From: Eledone cirrhosa
Lineage: Eukaryota
Reading direction: 5' to 3'
Length of the DNA: 64,000 nucleotides
Assembly: GCA_964016885.1 (NCBI GenBank)
Contig: OZ024743.1
Coordinates: 152,582,001 to 152,646,000, forward strand
A program made the translations under genes and the position numbers. The notes below the pieces were generated by a model. The model made no database searches, was not told where the DNA came from, and saw only the letters and a list, made by a program, of their open reading frames with translations. Position 1 is the first letter of the stretch. Each line of letters begins with the position of its first letter. Of the stretch, positions 24,701 through 34,809 are shown piece after piece.

Positions 24701-26296
24701 TTGTCCTAGCCCGTCAGCACTCATCTCCTCAGTGGCCGCATCTCTGTTCCAGGTATTATTTATCTCAGTATTCAGATCATTGTCTGCTTCGGGTGGTTCC
24801 TCCGTTCTCAGGACCTCCTCACCTTCATTTCCCACCGGCTCGCTTGTCTGGCATACTACACCCGCCATCTCCAAGCCATTCTCTCTGCTCAGTTCCTCCA
24901 GTTCCAGCTCGCTTATCCACCCATTAGTTCTTATTACCCGAGCCTGCCCGGCCAATTTTTGTTCATCTAATTTAAATAAACCAATCTCGTTCCAGATGTT
25001 ATGCATCCGTCTCCTGTAGCCCCTCTCCTTGGGGTTACTTTTCAGGTAGCATTGCATAACAGTTCTATTCAATTCTTTCGTCCAGTTGGTTCTGGCCCCT
25101 TTCCTTCTTCTTCTTCCTCCAACATCAGCAGTATTTGGTTGACAGTCAGGTTCCTGCTGCTGAGCCAGGGGGCACCTGTTGGGTGAGAGTCTGTCACATG
25201 ACGTTCTAGTCTCCATTTCACCGTTATTCGAACTGTTTATGTTCGATATTTAAACACTCTTATCGAGGATTGGCGAATGTATGTTTACATAGCCATCTGT
25301 GGATCCGCCATCCCACTTGGCCCTTGTGTGGCATTATCACCACGCTGTATACGAACACACATAAACAAACAAACACACGGGCAGAAAGGGCCCCCAAAAT
25401 GAATAAGCATAAGTTTCATTGTAATGTAGTATTCGAATGTCTGACTTAGTTTTTGTTTTTTAAGTTTTACTTTTTCCCCCCTCTTCTCTGTCCGTCCGCC
25501 TGCTTCTCTCTTCATTCTTATTTTCTTTACGTTTTTGGGGTTTCTTTTTTTGTTTTTGTTTTTCTCTGTTTGTTTTTCTCGTTTTTGCTGTTGTTGCTGT
25601 GCTGCTTTGGTTTTGTTGTTTGTTTTTTCTTTTTTCTTTTGAGTCTATCTATATATTTTGATGCCTTCCTCTTTGTTAGTAGTAGGAATTCTATAATGTG
25701 GAAGTAGCAGCCAGCAGGGAGAAGTGGGAGACTGGCGGCGGTAGCGATACTGAGACAGTGGTGGTGGTGATGTCGATACCGAGGCAGTGGTGGCGGTGAT
25801 GCGACCGTATTACTGTAGTGATGGTGCTGTAGCGGTGGCAGCAGTGAAGGAGTCAAGGGGTGGTGGCGGCGGTGATGGGATAGTGGTGGTAATGATGGCC
25901 GTAGTGAGCGGTGGCGGTGAAGGTGAAAATGTCGTTATCTGGCTGTTGTGTTTAGTGTACACAGATGATGGGGTGGGTGGTGTATCTAGTTTCTGGTGTT
26001 GGTGAGTTTAGCTGTCCTATATAGTGTAGCCAGAGGAGAGGGGGGGGGGTTCTTCTTCTTCCATTTATAGCCATTTTTTTTTGGGATATACAGTGTACAA
26101 TACAAAGTTGAATATTTGAATATTTGAGCCTTATAACAATATATTTTGGGTCCGAATGTTTTGGGGCTCAAGCCGGGTGCTTTACGTAGCATTTGTACTA
26201 AGAGTTGTTATTTCACAAATGATTTAAATATGTTAAAAATTCAAAACTTACGGGAGCGATTTCATGACCTCCGTCACCTCGTGCGTCTTCTTCCCT

Positions 26297-26298
<2 letters not shown>
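21750..26298 (-). mobile_element. Dong/R4 family B, apparently full length (~4.55 kb)
   Basis: Bounded by (AAT)n on both sides on the minus strand. A single long ORF, an ~1.08-kb leader and a short 3' UTR. The 5' boundary is inferred from the microsatellite. Confidence 0.88.
21824..25216 (-). pseudogene. Dong/R4-B polyprotein (~1130 codons; RT, CCHC, RLE) with one in-frame premature TAG
   Basis: The 383-aa and 729-aa ORFs are in the same frame, split by TAG at 24065-24067 where the paralog has TGG (48103-48105). Motifs KSPGPDG, FMDD, CRIC..H..C, RHD, RPDLVVVD..IVDVACP. Confidence 0.93.

Positions 26299-26352
<54 letters not shown>
26299..26352. repeat. (ATT)18 microsatellite separating head-to-head Dong-B and Tx1-a
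   Basis: Direct reading. Confidence 0.97.
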
Positions 26353-26562
26353 GGCGACCTACGTAGTAAATCGTATCATCGTGAGCTCCGCAAAGGTTTG
26401 TTATTTTCAGTTATTTAAAATTGCCATTTATGGAAAATTTTTATTGTTAACTGTATACAAGTGCACATACATTGTTATCTGAAAAGGACACCCAAAAGGA
26501 TTGGGGCCTTGTGCCCAAAATTTAAACTTTTATGATTATCAAAAAATTTCTTTGAAAAAACC

Positions 26563-28475
26563 ATGGCTGATTCACCTCTGCACCAAGCAACTGAGAGCCT
26601 TCCTCACAAACTAACACCTCACACGGACACCACCATTGTAAATATTACTACGTTTGCCAACACTAAAAATATAAGCAGTAGCAATATTTTTAATTTGTCT
26701 CAGGCAGACATTCATTTCCCGCCATTACCAATGACTGCAGGTGTTAAAGTCGCCACCCCCACCAGCACCACAGCGACAACAGAAACAATAGAAAAAAATA
26801 AATTAACTCGTGATATCGAGATGAATTCAACCAAAATGAACTCTTCCACACCGAACACCACTGACGCCACCACCACCACAACTGAAACTAAAATTAATAA
26901 CAAAAATAACGATAACAACAACAGCAACAATGAAATTAAGAAAACCATTCTGAGTTTTGCCAGAGTAGCAAAACAGTGCGAAGCATTTCAGGTAATTCAG
27001 GAGGAATTAGAAGAAGCCAAACAATTGGTAAAGAAAGATGGGTACAGGGTCAGCCTCACCGCCCCACCTAATAAAATGGAGCATCGGCGCCTATGCACCG
27101 TGTCTTATCGAACAATTAATATAAAATCGCGCCGAGTGGAACGGGCATCCGAGTCCCAAATCCCAAAAGCTTTGGGTCATGTGTGGGCAAAAAAACCCCA
27201 CATCAGACGTGGCCAGAAGTATGGAACCGTGGACGTGTTCTTTGAAACACCACAGGAGGCTAGAGAACACTCCATGGCCCCATTAAGAAGTGACGACTTC
27301 ACACTCGTCCCCAGCTATTGTGGCCAGAGACTCGTAAAGATCAGGGTCACCCACGTTCCACCGGCCATCGAAATTCCCTGGCTAATAGCTGCCGTCCTCG
27401 CCGGCATCGAAGCCAACACCAAGATAATCGAAATAGCGAAAGAAAAGCAAGAGAACTGGTCCGGATCTGGGATGAAGCTCCTGATCCAAGCGGACCAAAA
27501 AAGCATTGAGGAGATCCCAGAGGTAATAGACCTCACTGACGGCAGCCACCTCACCGTAATTGTCGAGGGCAGAAGGCCTAGGTGTGTCGTTTGTGGTGAA
27601 GGCTAAGGTTGAGACCACCTCTCCTACCCACCCCAGTGACTCAACCATCAACACCACCAGCAGCAGAGATGGCAGCAACAACTGTAGCAGCAACAACAGA
27701 TGCAACTGTAACAGCAACAACCCCAGCAACAGTAGCAAAACCAACACCACCACCACCCAATGCGCCAGAACAAGCACCAGCGCCTACACCATCCACCACG
27801 CCACAACCAAAACTAACGCCTGTGGAGGATTTTCCACTCCCCGGCCTATCACAACTGGAGACAGATTGTGACGATGAGGGGGAGTGGGAAATGGTATCAG
27901 GAAAAATGAAAAAGAAAAAAAAAAACAAAAAGAAAAAATCCTCTTCCTTCGCCCTCCAAAAATAAAATGCAGGGGGAAACAAATAAGCAAACAAACAAAA
28001 ATGTTAAGACAGCTATGCCACCACCCACACCAGCATCACCAGCCCCATCACCACAAATACCAACACCATCATCATCATTAACCCCACAACCACCATCACC
28101 AACACCACAAAAATCACCAAAAAGCGAAACAGAAACAAACCCATAACGAACGCAAACAAAACAAAACAACCAAAGCGATACACACTACACAGCATTAAAT
28201 TTGAACAACAACCAATTATTATACTACATCCAACACAACACCAGCATCACAGAAAAGACTACACAACAACCAAAAAGTTCACACCACCTCCACACATACA
28301 AATCACTCGCATCACACAGAAAACGTACATGACACTAAAACAAAAATTCCCCAAAGACATCGGAGACTTCCGACAAGCACTCTCCAGGAGGATTTATAAG
28401 GACATCCTTCCTGAGGAGGCCACAAGCAGTGAAAAGGATGGAGAAACCGTCCTTCCTCTACGAGAAGTAAGGTAA
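26563..28475 (+). pseudogene. Tx1 ORF1, frameshifted
   Basis: ATG at 26563 opens 347 aa ending RPRCVVCGEG (knuckle partly deleted), then Thr/Pro-rich and Lys-rich segments ending ..ETVLPLREVR*. Confidence 0.87.
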
Positions 28476-28509
28476 GTGGTCTTTCCCATCTTTTCCACTC
28501 CATTTCCAC

Positions 28510-31203
28510 ATGACCTCACTCAGAATAGGCAGCATAAATGCGCGTGGCTTGGGGTCGTCATGAAAGCAGAGCCACCTGCTCAACGACCTCAGGTCACTAA
28601 ACATAGATGTAGTGGCCATCAGAGAGACCAGAATCTCCGAAGCACGGGCCTACGCACCGATCTTCAGCGGCTACGATGTGTACGCATCTCCCAGCCGTCC
28701 GGGATAGGGGGGCGGATTTGCTGTGCTTTTTCGGAGAGGTTTGGATCTCGCCATACGGGCCATCTTCCTGGACCCAGAAGGTTGGTAGTGCTGGACGTGA
28801 CTAGCGGAGACGGGCAAGCTTTCAGGCTAGTGGCCGTCTATGCCCCGACAGGAGCAGGGCGCCCTGATTTCTTCCGGCGTCTGGAGACCTTTCTTCGAAC
28901 GTCCCGCTCTTTAGTGTTATTGGACGACTGGAACGGGATCTTAGATGCACGCTGGGACTGTGTGGGATTAGCGGATAGGGGAGGAGGGTGCAAGAGTATC
29001 ACCAACCTTCTCAGGCGTTTTGAACTGTCTGACAGGTACCGATTGGATTTCCCGAATGTGCCAATGTGGACTTGGACAAATCGCATAGGGTCATCCAGAT
29101 CATATCTAAATAGAGTATTTTGTAGGGAAATAGATAGGTCTAGCATAGGCTGTCCACAATTCAAGATAGTCAGCTTCACGGACCACAAATTCGTGATCTG
29201 TGTGCTTGACTTAGATAGGCTTCATAGACGAGGACCCGGCTACTGGAAGCTAAACGCGTCCTTACCAGCAGGCAAGGCCTACAGAGACCGGATTAGCGAA
29301 CTAGTTAAGCGGGCGTTGACGGGTGGTATGCTCTGAAAAGAGAAATTAGAATAGAGTCCATTAGGTTTAGTAAGGCTTTAGCAATAGAGAAAAATAGAGC
29401 AGAGGGAGAATTAGTTAGAAAATTAGACGAGGCGTTTAGCAAAGGCATCGCGACCGACGTACTTGCGGCGAAACTGGACCTTAACCAATTCTTCAATGCA
29501 AAGCACGAAGGCTGCGTTGTCAGAGCTAGGGTGCGTGCTCTCAGACACGGGGGGACGAAAGCCGTTCAATGGCCCGAGTGGCGGAGGCGCGTCGTGGCAA
29601 CAAAGCCACGATCCGGTCTTTGGTGGACCACGACGGGCGCATGATACTCGATCCCGGACACAGCTGATTGGGGGCAGCGGCTGGCCGGATCGAGGGAAGG
29701 ACTTTAGTGATTACCTCAATGGCCTGCCGCGGCTCTTTGCCACTGAGGCGGAGTGTTGCGAAAAGCCGATAACAGCCGCTGAAGTACGGGAGGCAATGAC
29801 TGGCTGCACAAGGGGTAAATCGCCTGATTTGGATGGTCTGCCCTATGAACTTTACGTACAGATGCCAGACTTGATCGGGGGCCTCTTGGCAGACGTCTAC
29901 TGAAATGCAACAGAACGGGAGAATTCCCAGCTCTGTGAGCCGAGGAGCTGTGGCACTGCTGAGAAAGGATCCGAACAAGAGGGATAACATAGGTAATTTC
30001 AGGCCCATAACTCTGCTAAACACAGAGTTCAATATTTTGGCCAAGGTGCTAGCAAAGAGGTAGGCACCATTCCCGACAGATCCATCCACGACAACCTCCA
30101 CCTCATGCGATACATGATAGAGAGGGTAGCTAGGGAACCTTGCACGGGTGGGTCCTTGATCAATTTAGATCAATCGAAAGCTTTCGATAGGGTCGACCAT
30201 CGTTACCTAGCGGCAGTCATGAGGGCGGCTGGCTTCGGGCCCCTCTTCAGAGGCTGGATCGCTGCTATGCACAGCGACATCTGCTCTGTGGTGAGAGTGA
30301 ACGGTCACCTTTCGGAACCGTTCAACATCACTGGGCATGCCGTGGCTGATGATGCGCAGACACGCGCTCAGGCTACGACATCTCCACCTCTTCATCGACG
30401 GTGATCAGGTGTGGTCGCCGTTTGCTAGACACGTCTTTCCCCAGCTCGTCTCCTTGACGGAGCTGCAGTCCTGGGTCAAGCGAAAACCAAGAGGGAGCAC
30501 TTGGAGACTGGAATGTCTTCAGGCGCTCACAGCCCTCGACCAATCGGGCAATGTGATCGGTGGAAACTCCACCTTGGCGTTCTATAGAGGATTAGTGGAG
30601 GGGAAGAGCGACGATGTACTTGGAGAAACTCTAGGCGTCGACGAAAATCAACTAGCCAATCTCTTCGGAAGAACTTTTGGGCCGGGGCCTATGGACAACT
30701 TCCAGAAATCCCTGGCCTGGCAGTGCTACAGAGGAGCTTTGCCAGTTCGGGATAAACTCTACAGGCATGGAGGTGCCGTCAGCCGGGCATGTCCGAGATG
30801 CGAGCAGGGCGACGAAACCATCCTGCACGCACTCGTCCAGTGTCCGAGCATTGCTGAGTTGTGGGTTTATGTCGAACACCTGTCACGTGTATCACGGATC
30901 CAGCTATCAGCTGAGTCCATCATGAGGATTGCCCCGCCCTCTTCCTTTAGCCGGGAAGGGCAGGCAGTTTTTATCTGTCTGGTGGCCATGGTGAAAGAGA
31001 TAGTATGGTGGACACGTTTGAAAGGGCTGAAGACGAGCACTTACCTCTTCGGTGATGCCCTGATTAACTTTTTCAAATTTCATTTGAAAAGGAAAATCAG
31101 GGTAGAGAGGGAAGTGCTCTCTTCCCAGCATTTTGTTGAAAGATGGGTGAGAGAAGCAAGTATGGCCCGAGTGAATGGGCCTACTCTGAGTATGTGTCTG
31201 TAA
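28510..31203 (+). pseudogene. Tx1 ORF2 (APE plus partial RT plus C-terminal domain), disrupted
   Basis: MTSLRIGSINARG, VAVYAP, TDHK, PGYWKLN, DQSKAFDRVDH, CPRC motifs. Confidence 0.92.
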
Positions 31204-31446
31204 ATTAAAGGTGGAAAACTGGGAGAGGGCACTTGCGCTGGTGGTCAGGGCCACTGTGGTCTCTTAATGGGCTTTCTCCACAAATGTCCCTCGGAAGTCT
31301 CCCCCCTATTGGGGAATTTTTCTTTGTTATTTTATTTCATCCTCTGTTTTTTTTACATGCAGAAATGCCCATTTGTACCGTCCTGTATTGTCCTGTACTG
31401 TCCTTAATGTCTACTTTATGTAAACCCTTGTGGTTAATAAAGAAAA

Positions 31447-31483
<37 letters not shown>

Positions 31484-31536
31484 CTAGAAATCATTATTAT
31501 TGTTACTATTATTATTATTATTATTTCCATTATTAC

Positions 31537-32645
31537 TTTACCAAAGACAGCTCTGTGCGCCTGGAGCATGAGCAGTGTAGCTTTTGCTGATGTTGTTTCT
31601 ATTGCATTGATACTACTTTTCGGAATATGTGTGCAATAACTAGTAGAGCTATATTTTGTATGCTGTATATATTTCTAAGTCCTGGGGTTTTGACTATGTA
31701 GGGCATTGTGTGCAGAGGATCTGTGCAGACTGGAGAGGAACGAAGCTTGCATGCTCCGTTGGATGTGTAATAGTAATATACGTGAACGGCAAAGCATAAA
31801 TGAACTAAGTGAGAAATATGGAATAAGAGGGATCAGATGCTGTTTACTCGAGAGAAGACTACGTTGGTATGGTCACGCACGTGATGTGCATGAAAGACGA
31901 CAGCTGTATAAAAAAATGCAGGGCGATCAAAATAGATGGAAGATACGGAGTAGGCAGACCCAGAAAAACCTGGGACAATTTGATAAATTCTGACCTTACA
32001 CACTGACACCTCTCCAAGACAATGTCACTGGAACGAGATCTTTGGTGCTACGCAGTAATACAGAAGACCCACCATGCCTAAGTACAAAGTGAAACCTACA
32101 GTCACTAGGCACATCCTAACCAAAAATACACCCCCACCCCACTACACCTACCCCCCACCCCCATATACACCACCCCTTTCTCTGTAAAGTTATGTTGGTG
32201 CCACAACATCCAGTCCTAAATAAATGAGGTCGTGTAGGTGTCACAACAAAAAAGACACACTCTCCACGCTGTAATGTGGCCGTGTAGGTAACACGGTAAA
32301 AACCTCCCAGTCCACACTGTAAACGTGGTTGGTGTTAGGAAGGGCATCCAGCCGTAGAAAACCCTCCAGACAGTCCTATACGAGCAAGACAACCAATCCT
32401 GCCTCATGTGGGACAATTCCCGTCTAAACCCATGCTAGCTTGGAAGATAGACGTTAAATGATGATGATGATGATGATGATTTGTCTGTGTGTTTTTTTAT
32501 AATTCCTAGGGCACCTATTATTATAGGCATATGGTTTTCATTTTCCACATTCGAAATATTTCCATCTCTATATTTGGAAAGTTTCTTTATTTCCTTGGAA
32601 TATATATATTGTCGTCTGTGGAGATAGATACATCTATTAGAAGGT
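31537..32645 (-). mobile_element. Dong/R4 family C 3' fragment, split by an RTE insertion
   Basis: 31537-31700 and 32481-32645 join seamlessly (acacagacaa|tacatagtcaaaacccc) and match 58960-59290. Confidence 0.8.
31701..32480 (+). mobile_element. RTE-clade LINE, 5'-truncated 3' fragment with (GAT)n tail
   Basis: MLRWMC..RRLRWYGH and GRPRK.W motifs. Close to 44760-45547. Confidence 0.9.
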
Positions 32646-32667
32646 ATTTATTATTATTAAAATGTCA

Positions 32668-32984
32668 ATCTGAGTTCAAATCCCGTCGAGGTTAACTTTG
32701 CCTTTCACGCAGTCAATAAAATAAAGTACCAGTCATGCACTGGAGTCGATTTAATCGACTCTCCCCTCCTCCAAAATTGCTGGCCTTGTGCCTAAATAAG
32801 AAACCATTATTGGCAGTATCGGTAGAGGGTCGGATGCCATGCTTTCCATCATAGTTACGTCCCTTTACGATCTGAGTTCAAATCCCGCCGAGGTTGACTT
32901 TGCCTTTCATCATTTCGGGGTCGATAAAATAAAGTACCAGTAATGCACTGGGTAATTGCTGGCCTTGTGCCTAAAGTAGAAACA
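32668..32984 (+). mobile_element. Two tandem SINEs (long-subfamily 3' part 32668-32806; short subfamily 32811-32984)
   Basis: B boxes, shared body, tails ggccttgtgcctaaataagaaacc and ggccttgtgcctaaagtagaaac, each followed by att repeats. Confidence 0.9.
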
Positions 32985-33005
32985 ATTATTATTATTATTA
33001 TTATT

Positions 33006-34075
33006 CTTTGAGTCTCAGTCATTGATGTTATTTAACTGGAAAGTTTGTGGAAATGAATATCAAGCCGTTACCTGCAGCCTCAGATATTCAGGACGTATTG
33101 GAGGGTTATTGCTGTTCCCAGCAAGCATGCCTTTTGAAGTGTTCCAAAAAGTGGGGCTAATCTTCTTTAACCATCCTTGGAAACTCTTTGAGATAGTACC
33201 TAGTGCACCTACGACAATCGGGACGACCTTGATTTCATGGCAGTTCCAAATCCTTTTTACCTCCCACTTTAAGTCCTGGTATCAGTTAATTTTCTCCCTC
33301 TCCTTTTCTTGTACTCTCGTGTGAAATGGGCAGGTTACATCTACAATCAGGCACAATCTTTTTTCCTTGTCCAAAACCACCAAGTCAGGCCTATTGTGTT
33401 CTAATTACTTGTCCGTCTGTAGCCTAAAATCCCATAGCACCTTCACCTGATCGTTTTCTATCACCGACTCTAGCTTATGCTCATACCACTTCTCAGAATG
33501 TGGTAAATTGTTTACTTTGCATAGATGCCTGTGGATCACCCTCCCTATCACATCATGTCTCTAGCCTTTATAGTGAGTCTGGGCTAGGTGTTTACACTCA
33601 GATACAATCTGTGCCACAGTCTCCTCTCTCTCTCCACAGATCCTACGAGATGGGCTAGCCTCCTCCTTGTAAATATGGAGTTTCACCCACTTCGTTTTGA
33701 GTGCCTGCTCTTGCGCAGCCATTAGCATTCCTTCTGTAGCCTCATTAAGGTCTCCTCTTTTTAACCAGTTCCATGTCTGTGGATCTCTAAATTCAGTTTT
33801 CTCAAAGAAGGTACTATGAAGGGATTTTTCATTAAGGTTGCTCTTCCTCCTTGTTGTTATTTCCTCCTTGGACATCCCCTGGTCTATTGTTCTCTCCTTC
33901 AGTACAATTCTGAGCATTGGCTCCCTACTCTCAGTCACGTATTTGTGCAGGTTGTTTTTCTCCATTTGAACACAGTTCTCTTTGCTGATAAGATCTCTTC
34001 CACCTTCAGATCTCTTTAAGTAGAGTCTATCGACATTACTCCTCTTGTGTAACATGTTGCAGATAGTCAATAGCT
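33006..34075 (-). mobile_element. Dong/R4 family B, 5'-truncated copy
   Basis: Matches 21750-22825. Flanked by (ATT)n on the + strand. Confidence 0.92.
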
Positions 34076-34095
34076 TATTATTATTATTATTATTA

Positions 34096-34738
34096 CAGTT
34101 GCATTTATCTTGCTTTATGTTCATACGAGTTATCACCAAGTCACAACCAGTGACCTCAAGAGACAACAAGGTCCGCCATGTTCAAGAAAAAACATACAGA
34201 CACACACATGCATCTTTAGTTGTTTAGACTTGTGATGTACTTATATTGACAGAATCTTCCTTAGTATATGGGCAGTCCCATTAGTACTATCTTTTGTATT
34301 TCTCCTATACATGGGTTTCCTGGGATTTGCGATAAGTAATCATTAGACCCCTTAGATATCATTCCTAGAACGCCTACAACCACTGGTATTGTTTTAGTTC
34401 TCAATTTCCACATTTTCCCAATTTCTATATGCAGGTCCTTATACTTGCTCAATTTTTCAAATGTTTTTTAGAAACATTCTTGTCTATTGGAACGGACATA
34501 TCAATTAGCTTTTTAAAGTCCTTCAGTATTATATCAGGTCTATTTGCATCTATTTTTCGGTCTGTTTGGATGCTAAAGTTCCACAAGATTGTGATGTGAT
34601 CTTTTTCAAGTATGGGAGGTGGTTGATGCTCCCACCAATTCTTTTGATGGGGCAGGTCAAAATGCTTACACATTATCCAATATATGTATTGTGCACCTCT
34701 GTCATGCCTGTTTAGGTATTCGGTTGGAGCTATAGGAC

Positions 34739-34740
<2 letters not shown>
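34096..34740 (-). mobile_element. Dong/R4 family A, 5'-truncated copy
   Basis: Reverse complement of the Dong-A RLE region and 3' UTR. Flanked by (ATT)n. Confidence 0.92.
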
Positions 34741-34770
<30 letters not shown>

Positions 34771-34809
34771 GTTGTTGTTTTTGTTGTTGTTGTTGTTATT
34801 ATTATACCA

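Larger units (their letters stand above)
26353..31447 (+). mobile_element. Tx1 family a, both ends present, internally deleted
   Basis: (ATT)n-ggcgacctacgtag...cccttgtggttaataaagaaaac-(ATT)n with ORF1 and ORF2. A deletion near 30330 removes the YADD region. Confidence 0.95.

Noticed and set aside
25255-25360. HDV-like ribozyme in the Dong-B leader
   Set aside because: GC-rich stems and a GGCGAAT are visible, but the motif is on the strand opposite the element and I could not assemble the P1-P2-P3-P1.1-P4 order by eye. An Infernal search would be needed.
26158-26178. ggcttgagccccaaaa in the Dong-B leader resembling the Tx1 5' hairpin
   Set aside because: The match is short, the loop differs (4 nt) and there is only one instance, so it cannot be distinguished from chance.
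11977-31447. A single large inverted segmental duplication explaining the two Tx1-a copies
   Set aside because: The copies have different deletions, divergent ORF1 N-termini and unrelated neighbours, consistent with independent insertions.
3235-31639. ORFs with poly-Leu or poly-Ile runs (e.g. 3235-3525, 8445-8699, 26146-26482, 31233-31639)
   Set aside because: These are translations of (TAA/ATT)n microsatellite plus element UTRs, not membrane proteins.
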